In this document: piece after piece, positions 18,477 to 31,287 of the stretch
Numbering within the stretch: position 1 is the stretch's first letter
How the letters are laid out: every line of letters begins with the position of its first letter
Assembly (NCBI GenBank): GCA_965214405.1
Contig: OZ243956.1
Location: 256,001 to 320,000 of the forward strand
Origin: Trueperaceae bacterium
Lineage (GTDB): Bacteria; Deinococcota; Deinococci; Deinococcales; Trueperaceae
Length of the DNA: 64,000 nt
Reading direction: 5' to 3'
Made by a program: the position numbers and the translations under genes
The notes under the pieces: model-generated
Database searches by the model: none
What the model was told of the DNA's origin: nothing
What the model saw: the letters and a program-made list of their open reading frames with translations, nothing else

Positions 18477-18844
18477 TACAGCACCTCCGGCGCGAGCGAG
18501 ACGATGCGCATAAAGCGCCGGTCGCGCAGTTCACGCGCCACGGGACCAAAGACGCGGGTGCCGCGCGGCTCGTTTTGTAAGTTGATGATGACCGCCGCGT
18601 TCGTGTCAAAGCGAATCGAAGAGCCGTCGGCGCGGTTGATCTCTTTTTTGGTCCGCACCACGACCGCCCGGACGACGTCGCCCTTTTTGACCCCGGCGCG
18701 CGGGATCGCGTCCTTGACCGCCGCGACGATCACGTCGCCGACGCCGCCTACATATTGTGAACCGGTCCCCAACACGCGAATGCACTGAATGAGCCTCGCG
18801 CCAGAGTTGTCGGCCACCTCGAGATACGTTTCTTGTTGAACCAT
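18476..18844 (-). CDS. rplN: 50S ribosomal protein L14
   Basis: VADNSGA...[12 protein letters not shown]. Confidence 0.98.
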   Translation of the reverse strand: MVQQETYLEVADNSGARLIQCIRVLGTGSQYVGGVGDVIVAAVKDAIPRAGVKKGDVVRAVVVRTKKEINRADGSSIRFDTNAAVIINLQNEPRGTRVFGPVARELRDRRFMRIVSLAPEVL

Positions 18845-18845
18845 G

Positions 18846-18910
18846 ATAGTGGATAGTGGTTAGTGCTCAGTGGTTAGTTTCTCTAATCACTCGTCACTCA
18901 TCACTCGCTC
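18846..18910. repeat. Heptamer tandem repeats arranged as an inverted pair
   Basis: (TAGTGGA/T)n followed by (TCACTCR)n. Confidence 0.65.
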
Positions 18911-18912
18911 CC

Positions 18913-19158
18913 TCACCCCCTCGCTTTTTCTACTAAACGTGTGACGGTAAAACGCTTGCGTTTGCTGATGGGGCGGCTCGAGGTGATTTCTACAAGGTCG
19001 CCCTCACCGTATTCGTTGGTTTCGTCGTGGGCCAGGTACTTTTTGCTGACCGCCACGACTTTGCCGTAGAGCGGGTGCTTAAAGCGGCGCTCGACGCTGA
19101 CCGTCACGGTCTTGTCGGCCTTGTTGCTCGTGACCCGGCCTTGTAAAGACTTCTTCAT
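18913..19158 (-). CDS. rpsQ: 30S ribosomal protein S17
   Basis: HPLYGK...RPISKRKRF. Confidence 0.98.
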   Translation of the reverse strand: MKKSLQGRVTSNKADKTVTVSVERRFKHPLYGKVVAVSKKYLAHDETNEYGEGDLVEITSSRPISKRKRFTVTRLVEKARG

Positions 19159-19484
19159 GCGCCTCCTCGGTCGCGCGGGTTGATAATCCTTCTGATCGCG
19201 CTTCCTCTCGTACGTTCTGCGCTCTGGTTGGCGCTCTGGCTAGCGTTTTGGTTGGCGTTTCGGTTGATGTTCCCGTTGGCACTTTGGCTGGCATTTTGGC
19301 GGGCGCTTTCGTTGGCAACGGTGAGCAAGCGGGCGATTTCGCGCTTCGCGGTGCGGATGCGCTTGGGATTGTTCGCCTGACCTACCGACGCCTGAAAGCG
19401 GAGGTCTAGGAGTTCCTCGCGGCGCTTGTTGACTTCCGCGACGATTTCGTCCGGGCTCAACTTACGGGCCTCACTGGGCTTCAT
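19155..19484 (-). CDS. rpmC: 50S ribosomal protein L29 with repetitive C-terminal extension
   Basis: ELLDLRFQ...KREIARLLT. Confidence 0.95.
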   Translation of the reverse strand: MKPSEARKLSPDEIVAEVNKRREELLDLRFQASVGQANNPKRIRTAKREIARLLTVANESARQNASQSANGNINRNANQNASQSANQSAERTRGSAIRRIINPRDRGGA

Positions 19485-19896
19485 CGTAAACCTCTCGTCT
19501 CACCATCTTGGTCTTGATGGGCAGCTTGTGACCCGCGAGCCTGAAAGCTTCTTTGGCCTGCTCTTCGGTCACGTTGGCGACTTCGAAGATGACGCGGCCC
19601 GGCTTGACCACCGCAACCCAGTATTCTACCGCGCCCTTGCCCTTACCCATTCGGGTTTCCGCCGGTTTTTTGGTGACCGGCTTGTCGGGGAAGATGCGGA
19701 TGTAGATTTTACCCCCGCGGCGGAAAAAACGGCTCATGGTGATGCGGCAGGCTTCGATCTGGTTCGACTTGATCCAGGCGGGTTCCATCGCGACCAAGCC
19801 AAAATCTCCAAAGGCCAAGTAGTCTCCGCCCTTGGTATCGCCGGTCATGCGCCCGCGCATCTGCTTACGGTATTTGACGCGTTTGGGTAGAAGCAT
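19471..19896 (-). CDS. rplP: 50S ribosomal protein L16
   Basis: [13 protein letters not shown]. Confidence 0.98.
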   Translation of the reverse strand: MLLPKRVKYRKQMRGRMTGDTKGGDYLAFGDFGLVAMEPAWIKSNQIEACRITMSRFFRRGGKIYIRIFPDKPVTKKPAETRMGKGKGAVEYWVAVVKPGRVIFEVANVTEEQAKEAFRLAGHKLPIKTKMVRREVYDEAQ

Positions 19897-20735
19897 TATT
19901 TGGTCCCTCTGTCACGGGGCGGGCGCGCTCTGGGCGGTCGGTCGCTCGAGCCCCCACGGTCTCCCCCACGGTCATTACGGTCGCCCCCACGGTCACCAGG
20001 TCCACCCCGTTCGTTCGGACGGCGGCGGCCCTGCGGGCGACGGCGGCGGCCTTTTTTATCCTCTTCTTGGCGCGGGCGCGGGATGATGGCGGCGCGGCGC
20101 TGCTTGTCGCCCACGATTTCACCGTGAAACACCCACGCCTTGACGCCGACAATGCCGTAGCTCGTTTTGGCCTCGGCGGTGCCGTAGTCGATGTCGGCGC
20201 GGAGCGTCTGTAGGGGCACGCGGCCGTCCGAGTACCACTCGGGGCGCGCTTGTTCAATGCCGCCCAGGCGGCCCGAGCAGCGAATTTTAATGCCCTTGGC
20301 CCCCGACTCCATCGTGCGCTGCACGGCCTGCTTCATCGCGCGGCGAAAGGCGAAGCGGCGCTCTAACTGCTCCGCAATTCTCTGGGCGATTAAAGGACCG
20401 TTGGTGTTCGCGTTGGGCACTTCTTGCACGTTGACCGCGATGGTGCCGTCCACAACGCCCTCGAGCTTGCCCCTAAGCGCCTTGATGGACTCGCCGCCGC
20501 GCCCGATGACCACACCGGGCTTGGCCGTATGAATAATGATGTTGATGTTGTGCGCCGCCCGCTCGATGTCGATGCGCGCGACCCCGCTGTGCCCCACGTC
20601 CGCCATCACGGCCCTGCGGATGGCTTCGTCTTCGGTAAGAAGTTTCGAATAGTTTTTTGGGCTCGCGTACCATTTGGCCGAGGGCTCTTTGTTGACCCCC
20701 AAGCGAAAGCCCACCGGATTGATTTTATTACCCAT
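19896..20735 (-). CDS. rpsC: 30S ribosomal protein S3
   Basis: [13 protein letters not shown]...[11 protein letters not shown]. Confidence 0.98.
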   Translation of the reverse strand: MGNKINPVGFRLGVNKEPSAKWYASPKNYSKLLTEDEAIRRAVMADVGHSGVARIDIERAAHNINIIIHTAKPGVVIGRGGESIKALRGKLEGVVDGTIAVNVQEVPNANTNGPLIAQRIAEQLERRFAFRRAMKQAVQRTMESGAKGIKIRCSGRLGGIEQARPEWYSDGRVPLQTLRADIDYGTAEAKTSYGIVGVKAWVFHGEIVGDKQRRAAIIPRPRQEEDKKGRRRRPQGRRRPNERGGPGDRGGDRNDRGGDRGGSSDRPPRARPPRDRGTK

Positions 20736-21068
20736 TTATCTCTCTCCCAGCACGATGGTGATGTGGCTCGTGCGCTTGCGCATGAGGTCGGCCCGGCCCC
20801 GCGCCCGCGGCAGGTAGCGCTTGAGGGTGGGTCCTTCGTTCACCATAATTTGGGACACGTAGAGGTCGTCTTCAAACATGTCGTGGTTGTTGACCGCGTT
20901 CGCCTTGGCGCTCCGCAAGAGTTTGAGCATCGGCTCAGCCGATCCCTTAGGCGTAAACTGCAAGATGCTCTCGGCCTCCGCCACGTTCTTGCCGCGGATA
21001 AGGTCGGCGACGAGCCGCGTTTTGCGCGGGGTGGTGCGGAGCATGGTGAGGTGCGCTTTGGCTTCCAT
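20736..21068 (-). CDS. rplV: 50S ribosomal protein L22
   Basis: PRKTRLVADLIRG...PRARGRA. Confidence 0.98.
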   Translation of the reverse strand: MEAKAHLTMLRTTPRKTRLVADLIRGKNVAEAESILQFTPKGSAEPMLKLLRSAKANAVNNHDMFEDDLYVSQIMVNEGPTLKRYLPRARGRADLMRKRTSHITIVLGER

Positions 21069-21340
21069 TAGCGCTCCTTCCGGGTGCCGCTGTGACCGCG
21101 AAAGGTGCGCGTCGGCGAGAACTCGCCCAACTTGTGACCGACCATGTTCTCTTGGACAAAGACGGGCACGTGCTGTTTGCCGTTGTAGACCCCAAAGGTG
21201 TGACCCACCATTTCGGGCACGATGGTCGAGCGGCGGCTCCAGGTGCGAATCACCTTGCGGTCACCCGAGTCGTTGGCGGCGTCCACCTTGTCGAGCAGGT
21301 GGTCGTCGATAAAGGGGCCTTTTTTCATGCTGCGGGGCAC
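21068..21340 (-). CDS. rpsS: 30S ribosomal protein S19
   Basis: TWSRRS...GHKLGEF. Confidence 0.98.
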   Translation of the reverse strand: MPRSMKKGPFIDDHLLDKVDAANDSGDRKVIRTWSRRSTIVPEMVGHTFGVYNGKQHVPVFVQENMVGHKLGEFSPTRTFRGHSGTRKER

Positions 21341-22176
21341 TATTGACTTCCTTTCCGGCGGCGCACGATAAAGCGGCTGCTCACCTTGCGTTTATTGCGT
21401 GTTTTTAAGCCCTTGGCCTTTTGGCCCCAGGGGCTCACGGGCGGGCGTCCGCTCGTCGAGCGGCCTTCACCGCCGCCGTGGGGGTGGTCGACGGGGTTCA
21501 TGGCGCGACCGCGTTGGTGCGGCTTGCGGCCCATCCAGCGCGTGCGGCCCGCCTTGCCCATCACGATGTTTTTGTGCTCGGCGTTGCCCACCGTGCCCAT
21601 CGTGGCGTAGCACTCGCCGTGGACGCGGCGCAGTTCGCCCGAGGGCAAGCGCAAGGTCACGTAGACGTCGTCGCGGCCCTGGATTTGGATGCTGGTACCC
21701 GCGCTGCGCGCAATCTGCGCGCCCTTGCCGGGCACGAGTTCAACGTTGTGGACGACCGAACCCACCGGGACGAAGCGGAGCGGCAAGGCGTTGCCGACGA
21801 CCGGCTCGGCCTCGGGACCGGCCACGATTTGGCTGCCGACCTCGAGCTTTTCCGGCGCCAAAATATAACGCTTCTCGCCGTCTAGGTAGTGCAAGAGCGC
21901 GATGTTGGCGCTCCGGTTGGGGTCATACTCGACCCCCGCGACTTTGGCGGGCACACCCTCTTTGTCGCGGCGCGTAAAGTCAATCCGGCGGTAACGGCGC
22001 TTGTGACCGCCGCCCCGAAAGCGTGAAGTGATGCGCCCGCGGTTGTTCCGGCCACCCGTCTTCTTGGCGGGCTCTAGCAAAGACTTTTCGGGCTCCGCCT
22101 TGGTGACCTCCCCAAAATCCGAGGTGGTCATAAAGCGGCGGGAGGGCGTATAGGGACGATATTTCTTGGTAGGCAT
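21340..22176 (-). CDS. rplB: 50S ribosomal protein L2
   Basis: [13 protein letters not shown]. Confidence 0.98.
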   Translation of the reverse strand: MPTKKYRPYTPSRRFMTTSDFGEVTKAEPEKSLLEPAKKTGGRNNRGRITSRFRGGGHKRRYRRIDFTRRDKEGVPAKVAGVEYDPNRSANIALLHYLDGEKRYILAPEKLEVGSQIVAGPEAEPVVGNALPLRFVPVGSVVHNVELVPGKGAQIARSAGTSIQIQGRDDVYVTLRLPSGELRRVHGECYATMGTVGNAEHKNIVMGKAGRTRWMGRKPHQRGRAMNPVDHPHGGGEGRSTSGRPPVSPWGQKAKGLKTRNKRKVSSRFIVRRRKGSQ

Positions 22177-22186
22177 AAACCCCTCC

Positions 22187-22474
22187 TTAGGTGAGGCCCT
22201 CGAGCTGCTGGATGCGCTGGCCCTCGCGCAGGGTCACGATGACTTTTTTGCGCGCGGGCCGAAAGCCGCGGTAGCGGCCCATCGACTTCTCTTTACCGCG
22301 TACGTTCAAAAGGTTGATTTTCATGACATCTACATTGAACACCCGCTCGACCGCGTCTTTGACCTGCGTGCGGTTGGCTTTGGGGTGAACGTAAAAGGCG
22401 TACTTGCTCTCTTCAATGATGCCGAGCGCTTTTTCGCTCAGCACGGGACCGAGGATGATGTCGTGCGCGTTCAT
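22187..22474 (-). CDS. rplW: 50S ribosomal protein L23
   Basis: PVLSEKA...RKKVIVTL; S10 operon position. Confidence 0.97.
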   Translation of the reverse strand: MNAHDIILGPVLSEKALGIIEESKYAFYVHPKANRTQVKDAVERVFNVDVMKINLLNVRGKEKSMGRYRGFRPARKKVIVTLREGQRIQQLEGLT

Positions 22475-23115
22475 GCGGTCACCTCGTCAGCGCCGCCGTT
22501 CGTCCCAATCTCCGCACTAAGCTCCGCGAAGAGGTCCGCGTCGGCGATCAGGTGGTCATAGCGCAAGATGTCGTAGACGTTGAGCCCCGCCCGCGGCAGC
22601 ACGCCCACCCAGGGAAGGTTGCGCGCGGCGCGGCGGGTCATTTCGTCGTCGGTCACGAGTAAAACGCGCTCGCCACCATTAAAGCCGTTGTCTTTGGCCC
22701 AGGCGACAAACTCTTTCGTCTTGCCGCCGATGTCAAAAGACTCGACCAGCGTCAGCTTGCCGTCGTTCGCCCTCGCGGCGAGCGCCATGTGCAGGCCTAA
22801 GCGGCGCACCTTTTTGGGCAGGCTGTATGAGTAGTCGCGCGGGTGGGGACCAAAGGCGGTACCGCCGCCCACGAAGATGGGCGCTTTACGGTCGCCGTGG
22901 CGCGCGCGACCCGTGCCTTTTTGCGGGTAGATTTTGGCGGTCGAGCCGCTCATGGTGCCCCGCGTCTTGGTCGAGGCGGTGCCCTGGCGGCGCTTGGCGC
23001 GTTGCCACTGCACGACCTCGTGGAGCACGGTTTCTTTGGGCTCGGGCAGCTCGAGCGTCACTTTACGCTCGCTCCCGATAATGTTCAGAGTGACTGGCGT
23101 CCGCGTAACGGCCAT
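22471..23115 (-). CDS. rplD: 50S ribosomal protein L4
   Basis: [10 protein letters not shown]. Confidence 0.98.
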   Translation of the reverse strand: MAVTRTPVTLNIIGSERKVTLELPEPKETVLHEVVQWQRAKRRQGTASTKTRGTMSGSTAKIYPQKGTGRARHGDRKAPIFVGGGTAFGPHPRDYSYSLPKKVRRLGLHMALAARANDGKLTLVESFDIGGKTKEFVAWAKDNGFNGGERVLLVTDDEMTRRAARNLPWVGVLPRAGLNVYDILRYDHLIADADLFAELSAEIGTNGGADEVTA

Positions 23116-23735
23116 CAGCTCACCTTCCTTTTCGAATCCTTGACGACGACCGTGCCGCCGTTGGGGCCGGGCACCGCGCCCTTGATGAGCAGCAGATTGT
23201 CGTCGGCGCGGACCTCTAAGAGTTCTAGGCCAACCGTCGTGACGCGTTCTGCGCCGTACTGTCCGGCCATGCGCTTGCCCTTGTAAACCCGTCCAGGCGA
23301 CTTGCGCTGACCAATCGAACCGGGGTGGCGGTGCTTTTTCTTGACCCCGTGCGAGGCGCTCATGCCGCTAAAGTTCCAGCGCTTCATCACGCCCGTGGTG
23401 CCGCGGCCTTTGCTCGTGCCCGTCACATCGACCTTTTGGCCGGGCTCAAAAATCCCGACCGTGACCGCGTCCTCTTCGGGCGCGTAGTCGCGGAATTCGC
23501 TCAAAAAACGCTGGACGGGCGCGCCCGCGCGTTTGGCGTGACCGCGCTCGGGCTTATTGGTCGCCTTGTCGCGCTTGTCCATCCAGCCGAGTTGGACCGC
23601 GCTGTAGCCGTCCGTCTGCGGCGTTTTGCGCTGCACCACCGGGCAAGGCCCCGCCAGCACGACGGTCACTGGAATCAGCCGGTCGCCCTGCCAGACCTGG
23701 GTCATGCCCACTTTCGTTCCTAAAATGCCCTTCAC
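23115..23735 (-). CDS. rplC: 50S ribosomal protein L3
   Basis: GTKVGMTQ...DGYSAVQLG. Confidence 0.98.
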   Translation of the reverse strand: MKGILGTKVGMTQVWQGDRLIPVTVVLAGPCPVVQRKTPQTDGYSAVQLGWMDKRDKATNKPERGHAKRAGAPVQRFLSEFRDYAPEEDAVTVGIFEPGQKVDVTGTSKGRGTTGVMKRWNFSGMSASHGVKKKHRHPGSIGQRKSPGRVYKGKRMAGQYGAERVTTVGLELLEVRADDNLLLIKGAVPGPNGGTVVVKDSKRKVS

Positions 23736-23737
23736 GT

Positions 23738-24061
23738 TTACCGGCCTCCAACCGTCTTGATTTCGATATCGACGCCCGTGGGGAGGTCTAAGTGCATGAG
23801 CGAGTCGATGGTGCTTTTGGTGGGCGCTTTGATGTCAATCAGGCGGTTGTGCGTCCTGATCTCAAAATGCTCGCGCGAGTCCTTGTTAACAAAAGGGCTC
23901 CTGAGCACGCAGAAGCGGCGGATGCGCGTCGGCAAGGGCACAGGACCGGCAACTTTCGCGCCCGTCCGGCGCACCGTGTCGACAATCTTGGTCGCCGACG
24001 AGTCGAGCGAGCGGTGATCAAAGGCTCGCAGTTTGATACGGATAAGCGGTGCGGAGGGCAT
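23738..24061 (-). CDS. rpsJ: 30S ribosomal protein S10
   Basis: GPVPLPT...[10 protein letters not shown]. Confidence 0.98.
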   Translation of the reverse strand: MPSAPLIRIKLRAFDHRSLDSSATKIVDTVRRTGAKVAGPVPLPTRIRRFCVLRSPFVNKDSREHFEIRTHNRLIDIKAPTKSTIDSLMHLDLPTGVDIEIKTVGGR

Positions 24062-24062
24062 A

Positions 24063-25280
<1,218 letters not shown>

Positions 25281-25438
25281 TGCTGTGTCTCCTCTTGCTG
25301 GTGTTACTTAGATGTGTGCTGCTTAGCATGTCTTGGTTAGTGTACTGGCTATTTTATTCAGCCCTTTTGGATGTTCAGGCAGAGAAACGAGGACCGCGTC
25401 CGTACATCAACATCGGCGGTCCTCGCCTCCGTAACGAC

Positions 25439-27508
25439 TTACTTCTTGACCAGGTCGTCCTGAATGCTCTTGGGAACTTGCGCGTAGTGGTCCAAAAACA
25501 TGGTAAAGGTGGCGCGGCCCTGCGAGAGGCTGCGGAGGTCGGTCGCGTAGCCGAACATTTCCGACAGGGGCACGTGGGCGTTGATAACTTGCGCGTTGCC
25601 CCTGGGCTGCATCCCCTGAATCTGACCGCGGCGGGAGTTGAGGTTGCCGATCACGTCGCCCATGTACTGCTCGGGCGTCACGACTTCGACGCGCATGACG
25701 GGCTCCAAAATCGCCGCCGCTCCCTTGTTCATCACCTCGCGGATCGCCATCGAAGCGGCGATCTTAAAGGCCATTTCGGACGAGTCCACCTCGTGATACG
25801 AACCGTCATATAGAGACACCTTCATGTCCACGATGGGGAAGCCCAGCAGCGGGCCGTTTTGCAGGGCCTCTTCGACGCCCTTTTGGACCGCCGGGATAAA
25901 TTCTCTGGGAATCGAGCCGCCGATGATGGCGTTTTCAAACTCGAAGCCCTCGCCACGACCTCTCGGCTCGGCCTTGATGCGCACGTCGCCGTACTGGCCG
26001 CGACCGCCCGACTGGCGCACGAACTTGCCCTGCACGTCGGCAGGTCTGGTGATGGTCTCGCGGTAGGCCACCTGCGGCGCGCCCACCTGCGCGTTCACGT
26101 TGAATTCGCGTTTGAGGCGGTCAACGATGATTTCTAAGTGAAGCTCGCCCATGCCCGAAATCGTGGTTTGGCCCGTTTCGGAGTCCGTTTTTACGCGGAA
26201 AGTGGGGTCCTCTTCGGCCAACTTGACCATGCCGCTCGAGAGCTTGTCCTGGTCCGCCTTGGAGGCGGGTTCAATTGCCACAGTGATAACGGGTTCGGGG
26301 AACTCGATGGCCTCAAGCTCAATGGGGTGGTCCGGGTCGGCCAACGTGTCGCCCGTGCCCGTGTCCTTGAGCCCGATGACCGCGCCTAAGTCGCCCGCGC
26401 CAATGCGGTCGACCTCTTCGCGGTTGTTCGAGTGCATCTTGAGGAGACGCCCGACGCGCTCTTTTCTGCCTTTCGAGACGTTTTGCACGTAGGAACCGGC
26501 CTCGAGCACGCCCGAGTAAACCCGCACGAACGTCAAACGGCCCACGTAAGGGTCGGTCATAATCTTGAACGCCAACGCCGAGGTCGGCGCGTCTTCGTCG
26601 GCAGAACGCGTGTCTTCGGTTCCGTCGGGCAGCACGCCGCGGATAGCGGGCACGTCCAGAGGGCTCGGCAGGTAGAGCGCGACTGCGTCCAGAAGACGCT
26701 GCACGCCCTTATTCTTCAAGGCCGAACCGCAGAGCACCGGGAAGTGCTCCAAGGACACCGCGCCCTTGCGGATGGCCGCGTGAATCATTTCGTTGGGGAC
26801 GTCCTCGCCCTCGAGGTAGAGCATCGCAATATCGTCAGAAATATCCGCGAGCTTTTCGATCATCAGCGCGCGCTTTTCCTGCGCGACGTCCTCATATTCC
26901 GCCGGAACGTCCGTGACCTCAATGTCTTGGCCCATATCATCTAGGTACGTGTAGGCCTTCATCTCGACCAAGTCGATAAGCCCTTTGAAGTTCTCCTCGC
27001 GCCCCATCGGCCACTGGATCGGCACGGCGTTGGCGGCTAGGCGCTCCTCCATCGAGTCCAAAACGAGCTGAAAGTCCGCGCCCGTTTTGTCCATCTTGTT
27101 GGCAAACGCGAGCCTCGGCACCTTGTACTTGTCGGCCTGACGCCAGACGGTTTCCGATTGCGGCTCGACGCCCTGCGAGCCGTCGAACACGGCCACCGCC
27201 GCGTCGAGCACGCGCATGGAGCGTTCGACTTCCATCGTGAAGTCCACGTGGCCGGGCGTGTCGATGATGTTGATGCGGGTGTCGCCCCAGGTCGCGGTCG
27301 TTACCGCCGAGGTAATGGTGATGCCCCGCTCGCGCTCCTGGTCCATCCAGTCCATCGTGGCCGCGCCCTCGTGGACCTCGCCCGTTTTGTGAATGCGCCC
27401 GGTGTAAAACAAGATGCGCTCGGTCAGCGTGGTTTTGCCCGCGTCGATGTGCGCGGCAATCCCAATGTTGCGGGTTTTATGAAGATCAATGGTTGTGTTC
27501 GTTGCCAT
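25439..27508 (-). CDS. fusA: Elongation factor G
   Basis: [17 protein letters not shown]. Confidence 0.99.
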   Translation of the reverse strand: MATNTTIDLHKTRNIGIAAHIDAGKTTLTERILFYTGRIHKTGEVHEGAATMDWMDQERERGITITSAVTTATWGDTRINIIDTPGHVDFTMEVERSMRVLDAAVAVFDGSQGVEPQSETVWRQADKYKVPRLAFANKMDKTGADFQLVLDSMEERLAANAVPIQWPMGREENFKGLIDLVEMKAYTYLDDMGQDIEVTDVPAEYEDVAQEKRALMIEKLADISDDIAMLYLEGEDVPNEMIHAAIRKGAVSLEHFPVLCGSALKNKGVQRLLDAVALYLPSPLDVPAIRGVLPDGTEDTRSADEDAPTSALAFKIMTDPYVGRLTFVRVYSGVLEAGSYVQNVSKGRKERVGRLLKMHSNNREEVDRIGAGDLGAVIGLKDTGTGDTLADPDHPIELEAIEFPEPVITVAIEPASKADQDKLSSGMVKLAEEDPTFRVKTDSETGQTTISGMGELHLEIIVDRLKREFNVNAQVGAPQVAYRETITRPADVQGKFVRQSGGRGQYGDVRIKAEPRGRGEGFEFENAIIGGSIPREFIPAVQKGVEEALQNGPLLGFPIVDMKVSLYDGSYHEVDSSEMAFKIAASMAIREVMNKGAAAILEPVMRVEVVTPEQYMGDVIGNLNSRRGQIQGMQPRGNAQVINAHVPLSEMFGYATDLRSLSQGRATFTMFLDHYAQVPKSIQDDLVKK

Positions 27509-27556
27509 AAGCGAAGAAGAGCCAAGAAGCGTTCCTTGTTCCTTCTTCCTCCTTTC

Positions 27557-28027
27557 TTACCAGCGGTAATGCGCGTACGCGCGGTTGGCCTCGGCCATCC
27601 GCTCGACGTCGTCTTTTTTCTTGACCGCGCCCCCGCGACCCGCGGCGGCGTCTAACATCTCGCCCGCCACGCGCTCAACCGCGGTGCGCTCTGGGCGCGC
27701 GTCGGACGCGGCGGCCAACCAACGGAGCGCGAGCGACTGCGCGCGGCGCGCGTTCACCTCGACGGGCACCTGATAGGTCGCCCCGCCGACGCGGCGGCTC
27801 TTGACTTCGATTTTGGGTCTCACGTTGTCCAAGCCCTGACGAAACACCTTGAGCGGCTCTTGACCGCTGCGCTCTTGCACCAAACGGCACGCGCCGTAAA
27901 AGATGCGGCTCGAGAGGTTTTTCTTGCCGTCGCGCATAATCTTGTTCACAAACGCCGTCACGGTCGTGTCGCTGTAGACCAGATCGGGCTCTAGCGGGCG
28001 GACTTCGGCTCTTCTTCTACGTCCCAT
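27557..28027 (-). CDS. rpsG: 30S ribosomal protein S7
   Basis: SRRVGGATYQVP...AEANRAYAHYRW. Confidence 0.98.
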   Translation of the reverse strand: MGRRRRAEVRPLEPDLVYSDTTVTAFVNKIMRDGKKNLSSRIFYGACRLVQERSGQEPLKVFRQGLDNVRPKIEVKSRRVGGATYQVPVEVNARRAQSLALRWLAAASDARPERTAVERVAGEMLDAAAGRGGAVKKKDDVERMAEANRAYAHYRW

Positions 28028-28036
28028 TCACTCCAC

Positions 28037-28426
28037 CTACTTCTTTGGCTTTTTCGAGCCGTATTTGCTGCGGCCCTGATTACGTTGCACGTAGCGGCCT
28101 ACTCCCACACCCTGAGAGTCAAGCGCGCCGCGGATAATGTGGTAGCGCACCCCCGGCAGGTCTTTCACGCGCCCCCCGCGAATGAGCACCACCGAGTGCT
28201 CTTGCAAATTGTGCTTTTCGCCCGGAATGTACGCGGTCACTTCAAACCCCGACGACAAACGCACACGGGCGATTTTACGAAGCGCCGAGTTCGGCTTTTT
28301 GGGCGTTTGCGTCTTGACGACGGTGCAGACGCCGCGGCGCTGCGGGCTGCCCTTGAGCGCCGGTGTTTTATTCTTTTTCTTGAGCGTCTTGCGCCCGTTT
28401 CGTAAAAGCTGGTTCACGGTTGGCAG
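28037..28426 (-). CDS. rpsL: 30S ribosomal protein S12 (probable CTG start; alternative GTG at 28435)
   Basis: [10 protein letters not shown]...[16 protein letters not shown] 8 nt before CTG. Confidence 0.95.
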   Translation of the reverse strand: MPTVNQLLRNGRKTLKKKNKTPALKGSPQRRGVCTVVKTQTPKKPNSALRKIARVRLSSGFEVTAYIPGEKHNLQEHSVVLIRGGRVKDLPGVRYHIIRGALDSQGVGVGRYVQRNQGRSKYGSKKPKK

Positions 28427-28914
28427 AACGATCACTCCTCTTTCTTTTTTCGTCCGCTACGGGCACGCCAGAGCGGTCAAGAGCACGTGGGTTTATCAGC
28501 ACCCGGTTGAGCAAGGCTTGTGGGATGGAGCAGAAGCCGAGGTGACTAATGTTTACTACTTATTTATCGCGCCTCGGCCCATCTGCCAAAGCACACGACA
28601 AAATCGCCTCCAGGCTCATCGCTGCGAGCCAGGAGGAACCAAACTTGGCTAGTATAAGCGCTCCGTGTGAAATAAATCAAGTCACGACGGACGAAAATGG
28701 GGCGAAAGGGAGGATGTCAAATGAGGGCGGGCTGGGTTGATGGGCTACGCAAATAGGTAGAGATTTCTACCACTCTTAACCGTAGCGTTCCGCCCCAGCA
28801 GTTTCAGCTTAGCGGTGTGTCCTCCTCGAGCCCACCTCTCTATCTTCTCTTCAAAGGGTTAAAGGGCAGTTACCTCGCATCGCACGGATGAGAAACGCGC
28901 GCCCTCGAGCCCTC

Positions 28915-29901
28915 TCACGGCAGCGCCGACGCCTGAGCGGCGATAATCTTGTCCATCAACCCGTCAAGCTCCTCGTCAACCTTTTGGCGAGCCCCGTCGG
29001 CGTCGAACCAGGCCATGATTTCCTCCGCGCCACGGGCAAAGGGAATCGTGGCGACGTAGTCCGGCACCACCCGCTTGATTTTGCCGTTGTCAAACACCAT
29101 GCTGTGCGCCTTGTCACCGAGGAGCCCCGCACCCCACTTGGGGCTGTGCGCGGCTATCATCTCTGAAGGAACGTGGACAATTTGCGCCTCCGTGCCCGCC
29201 GCCCGCGCCACCGTCTCGAAAATCTGGTTCCAGCTCAGAAGCTCGTCCGAGGTGATGTGAAACGCGTTGCCAATGGCGTGAGGATTACCCAAAAGCCCCA
29301 CAAAACCCTTGGCAAAATCGCGGTGATGCGTGAGCACCCACAGCGAGGTGCCGTCGCCGTGGACGATGACCTTTTTGCCCTTACGCATCCGGTTGACGAC
29401 CGTATAGCCGCCGTCCATCGGCAGCAGCGTCCGGTCGTAGGTGTGCGAGGGCCGGACGATGGTGACGGGAAAACCCTCGTCGCGGTAGGCCCGCGTCAGG
29501 CGCTCTTCGCAGGCAATTTTGTCCCTCGAGTATTGCCAATAGGGATTAGACAGCGGCGTAGATTCGAGGATAGGCAAGGAAGCAGGCGGGGTCTGGTAAG
29601 CGGACGCCGAGGAGATGAACACGTACTGCTGCGTCCTGTTTCTAAACAGCTCGAGGTCGGTCTCGACATGTTCAGGCGTAAACGCGACCCAATTTACCAC
29701 CGCATCAAAACTCAAGTCTCCCAAAGCCTCCGCCGCCGACGCGGGGTCGCGGACGTCGCCGCGGAGGACGTGCGCGCGTTCTGGCACGGGCCTCGAGCTT
29801 TGCCCCCGGTTGAGCAGGTACAGTTCCAGACCCCGCTCGACCGCCAACTGCGAACAGGCCGAACTAATGATGCCGCTACCGCCGATAAACAAGACCTTCA
29901 T
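28915..29901 (-). CDS. NAD-dependent epimerase/dehydratase (extended SDR)
   Basis: GGSGIIS Rossmann motif, YxxxK (YSRDK). Confidence 0.85.
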   Translation of the reverse strand: MKVLFIGGSGIISSACSQLAVERGLELYLLNRGQSSRPVPERAHVLRGDVRDPASAAEALGDLSFDAVVNWVAFTPEHVETDLELFRNRTQQYVFISSASAYQTPPASLPILESTPLSNPYWQYSRDKIACEERLTRAYRDEGFPVTIVRPSHTYDRTLLPMDGGYTVVNRMRKGKKVIVHGDGTSLWVLTHHRDFAKGFVGLLGNPHAIGNAFHITSDELLSWNQIFETVARAAGTEAQIVHVPSEMIAAHSPKWGAGLLGDKAHSMVFDNGKIKRVVPDYVATIPFARGAEEIMAWFDADGARQKVDEELDGLMDKIIAAQASALP

Positions 29902-30037
29902 CGCTGGACCTCTTTGTAGGTAAAGTCAGACATAAGAACCCCCGTTGATTACAAGCAGATGCTACGTTAACTGTGGAACCACAACTCTGTCACCAAAACA
30001 CTGAAGCTGCCCAGACTACACGCACTCTAGGCCTGGT

Positions 30038-31012
30038 TCACCCTCGAGCCTCCTCACTCCTGTCATGCGCGGGGGCCACGTCGGGCGTTAAAGCGGTTAG
30101 CTCAGCGCGCATTTCGGGCGTCATGACGAAGTCGGCGGCAGCCAGGGAAGGCTCCAACTGCTCCACATTCCGCGCTCCTATTATCGGCGCGGTAACCGCC
30201 GGATGCGATCCGGCCCACGCTACCGCCAGGGTGACCGGATGCACGTCATGGTCTTCCGCATAGGCGGTGAAACGTTCGGCCACTTCATAGTATTTGGCGT
30301 CGCCATAGCGTTTGGCGTACATGGTGTTCTCGACCAACCGACCCTGCTCAGGCTTGCCCTGCGTGCTGTATTTGCCCGTCAGCAACCCGCCTCCCAAAGG
30401 GCTGTAGGGGATGACGCCAAGCCCCTCCGAAAGGGCCATCGGCAAAATCTCCACTTCCGCCTGACGCTTGGCGAGGCTGTACATAGGCTGGACGAGTTCA
30501 AAGCGGGCGAGGCGTTCTTTAGCAGCAATCCCCAACGCCTTCATAATTTGCCACGCCGCCCAGTTGCTCACCGCAGGGTAGAGGATGAGGCCGCGGTGAA
30601 CGAGGTCATCCAAGGCGCGCAAAGTCTCCTCGACGGGCGTGTCTGCGTCGAACTGATGCACGAAGTAGAACTCGAGCCGGTCCGTCTTGAGACGTTTCAA
30701 ACTGTCCTCAACCGCCCTGGTGATGTGACGGCGCGACAGCCCTCTCGCATTCACGTCTTCGCCCACCTTGCCGAACACCTTACTGGTGATGATGAGGTCG
30801 TCGCGCATGTCCGCAATGAGGTCGCCCAAAATCTCTTCTGAACGCCCCCCCGCGTAAACGTTGGCGGAGTCAAAGAAGTTGATGCCTGTATCCAGGCAAC
30901 GCCCAAACATCCGCGCGGATTCGGCCTCGTCGGCGGTGTCGCCAAAGGACATGGTGCCGAAGCAGAGGTTCGAAACTTTAACGCCGGTGCGACCCACAGG
31001 TTTATAGTTCAT
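30038..31012 (-). CDS. Aldo/keto reductase
   Basis: GINFFDSANVY, SK, H, PYSPLGGGLLTGKY. Confidence 0.92.
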   Translation of the reverse strand: MNYKPVGRTGVKVSNLCFGTMSFGDTADEAESARMFGRCLDTGINFFDSANVYAGGRSEEILGDLIADMRDDLIITSKVFGKVGEDVNARGLSRRHITRAVEDSLKRLKTDRLEFYFVHQFDADTPVEETLRALDDLVHRGLILYPAVSNWAAWQIMKALGIAAKERLARFELVQPMYSLAKRQAEVEILPMALSEGLGVIPYSPLGGGLLTGKYSTQGKPEQGRLVENTMYAKRYGDAKYYEVAERFTAYAEDHDVHPVTLAVAWAGSHPAVTAPIIGARNVEQLEPSLAAADFVMTPEMRAELTALTPDVAPAHDRSEEARG

Positions 31013-31287
31013 GGGTCAGCCTACCAGACGAGAGGCCTATAGAGTTGTTAACCCGTAGCGGTTAATGTCGTCGGTATAAGCAGAATTTCGGGCAGTCCAA
31101 CCGAGCGCTTGTAAAGCTCGAGCTTTCTGACAGAAGCCCGTATGGATACCTCTCACACTCAAGGTTTTGCGATAAGAGTTTTGTAAGAAGCTTTCCTCTA
31201 CCCTACGTTCAGGGTTGGCGATACGTGCCCCGCCAACTCGAGCGCCCGGCTGTCACTACCTCCGACGACCGGGCACTTTTTTGGTTT

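Noticed and set aside
19900..20060. GGDR-repeat tail of S3
   Set aside because: Arg/Gly-rich S3 tails are common in high-GC bacteria; not distinctive.
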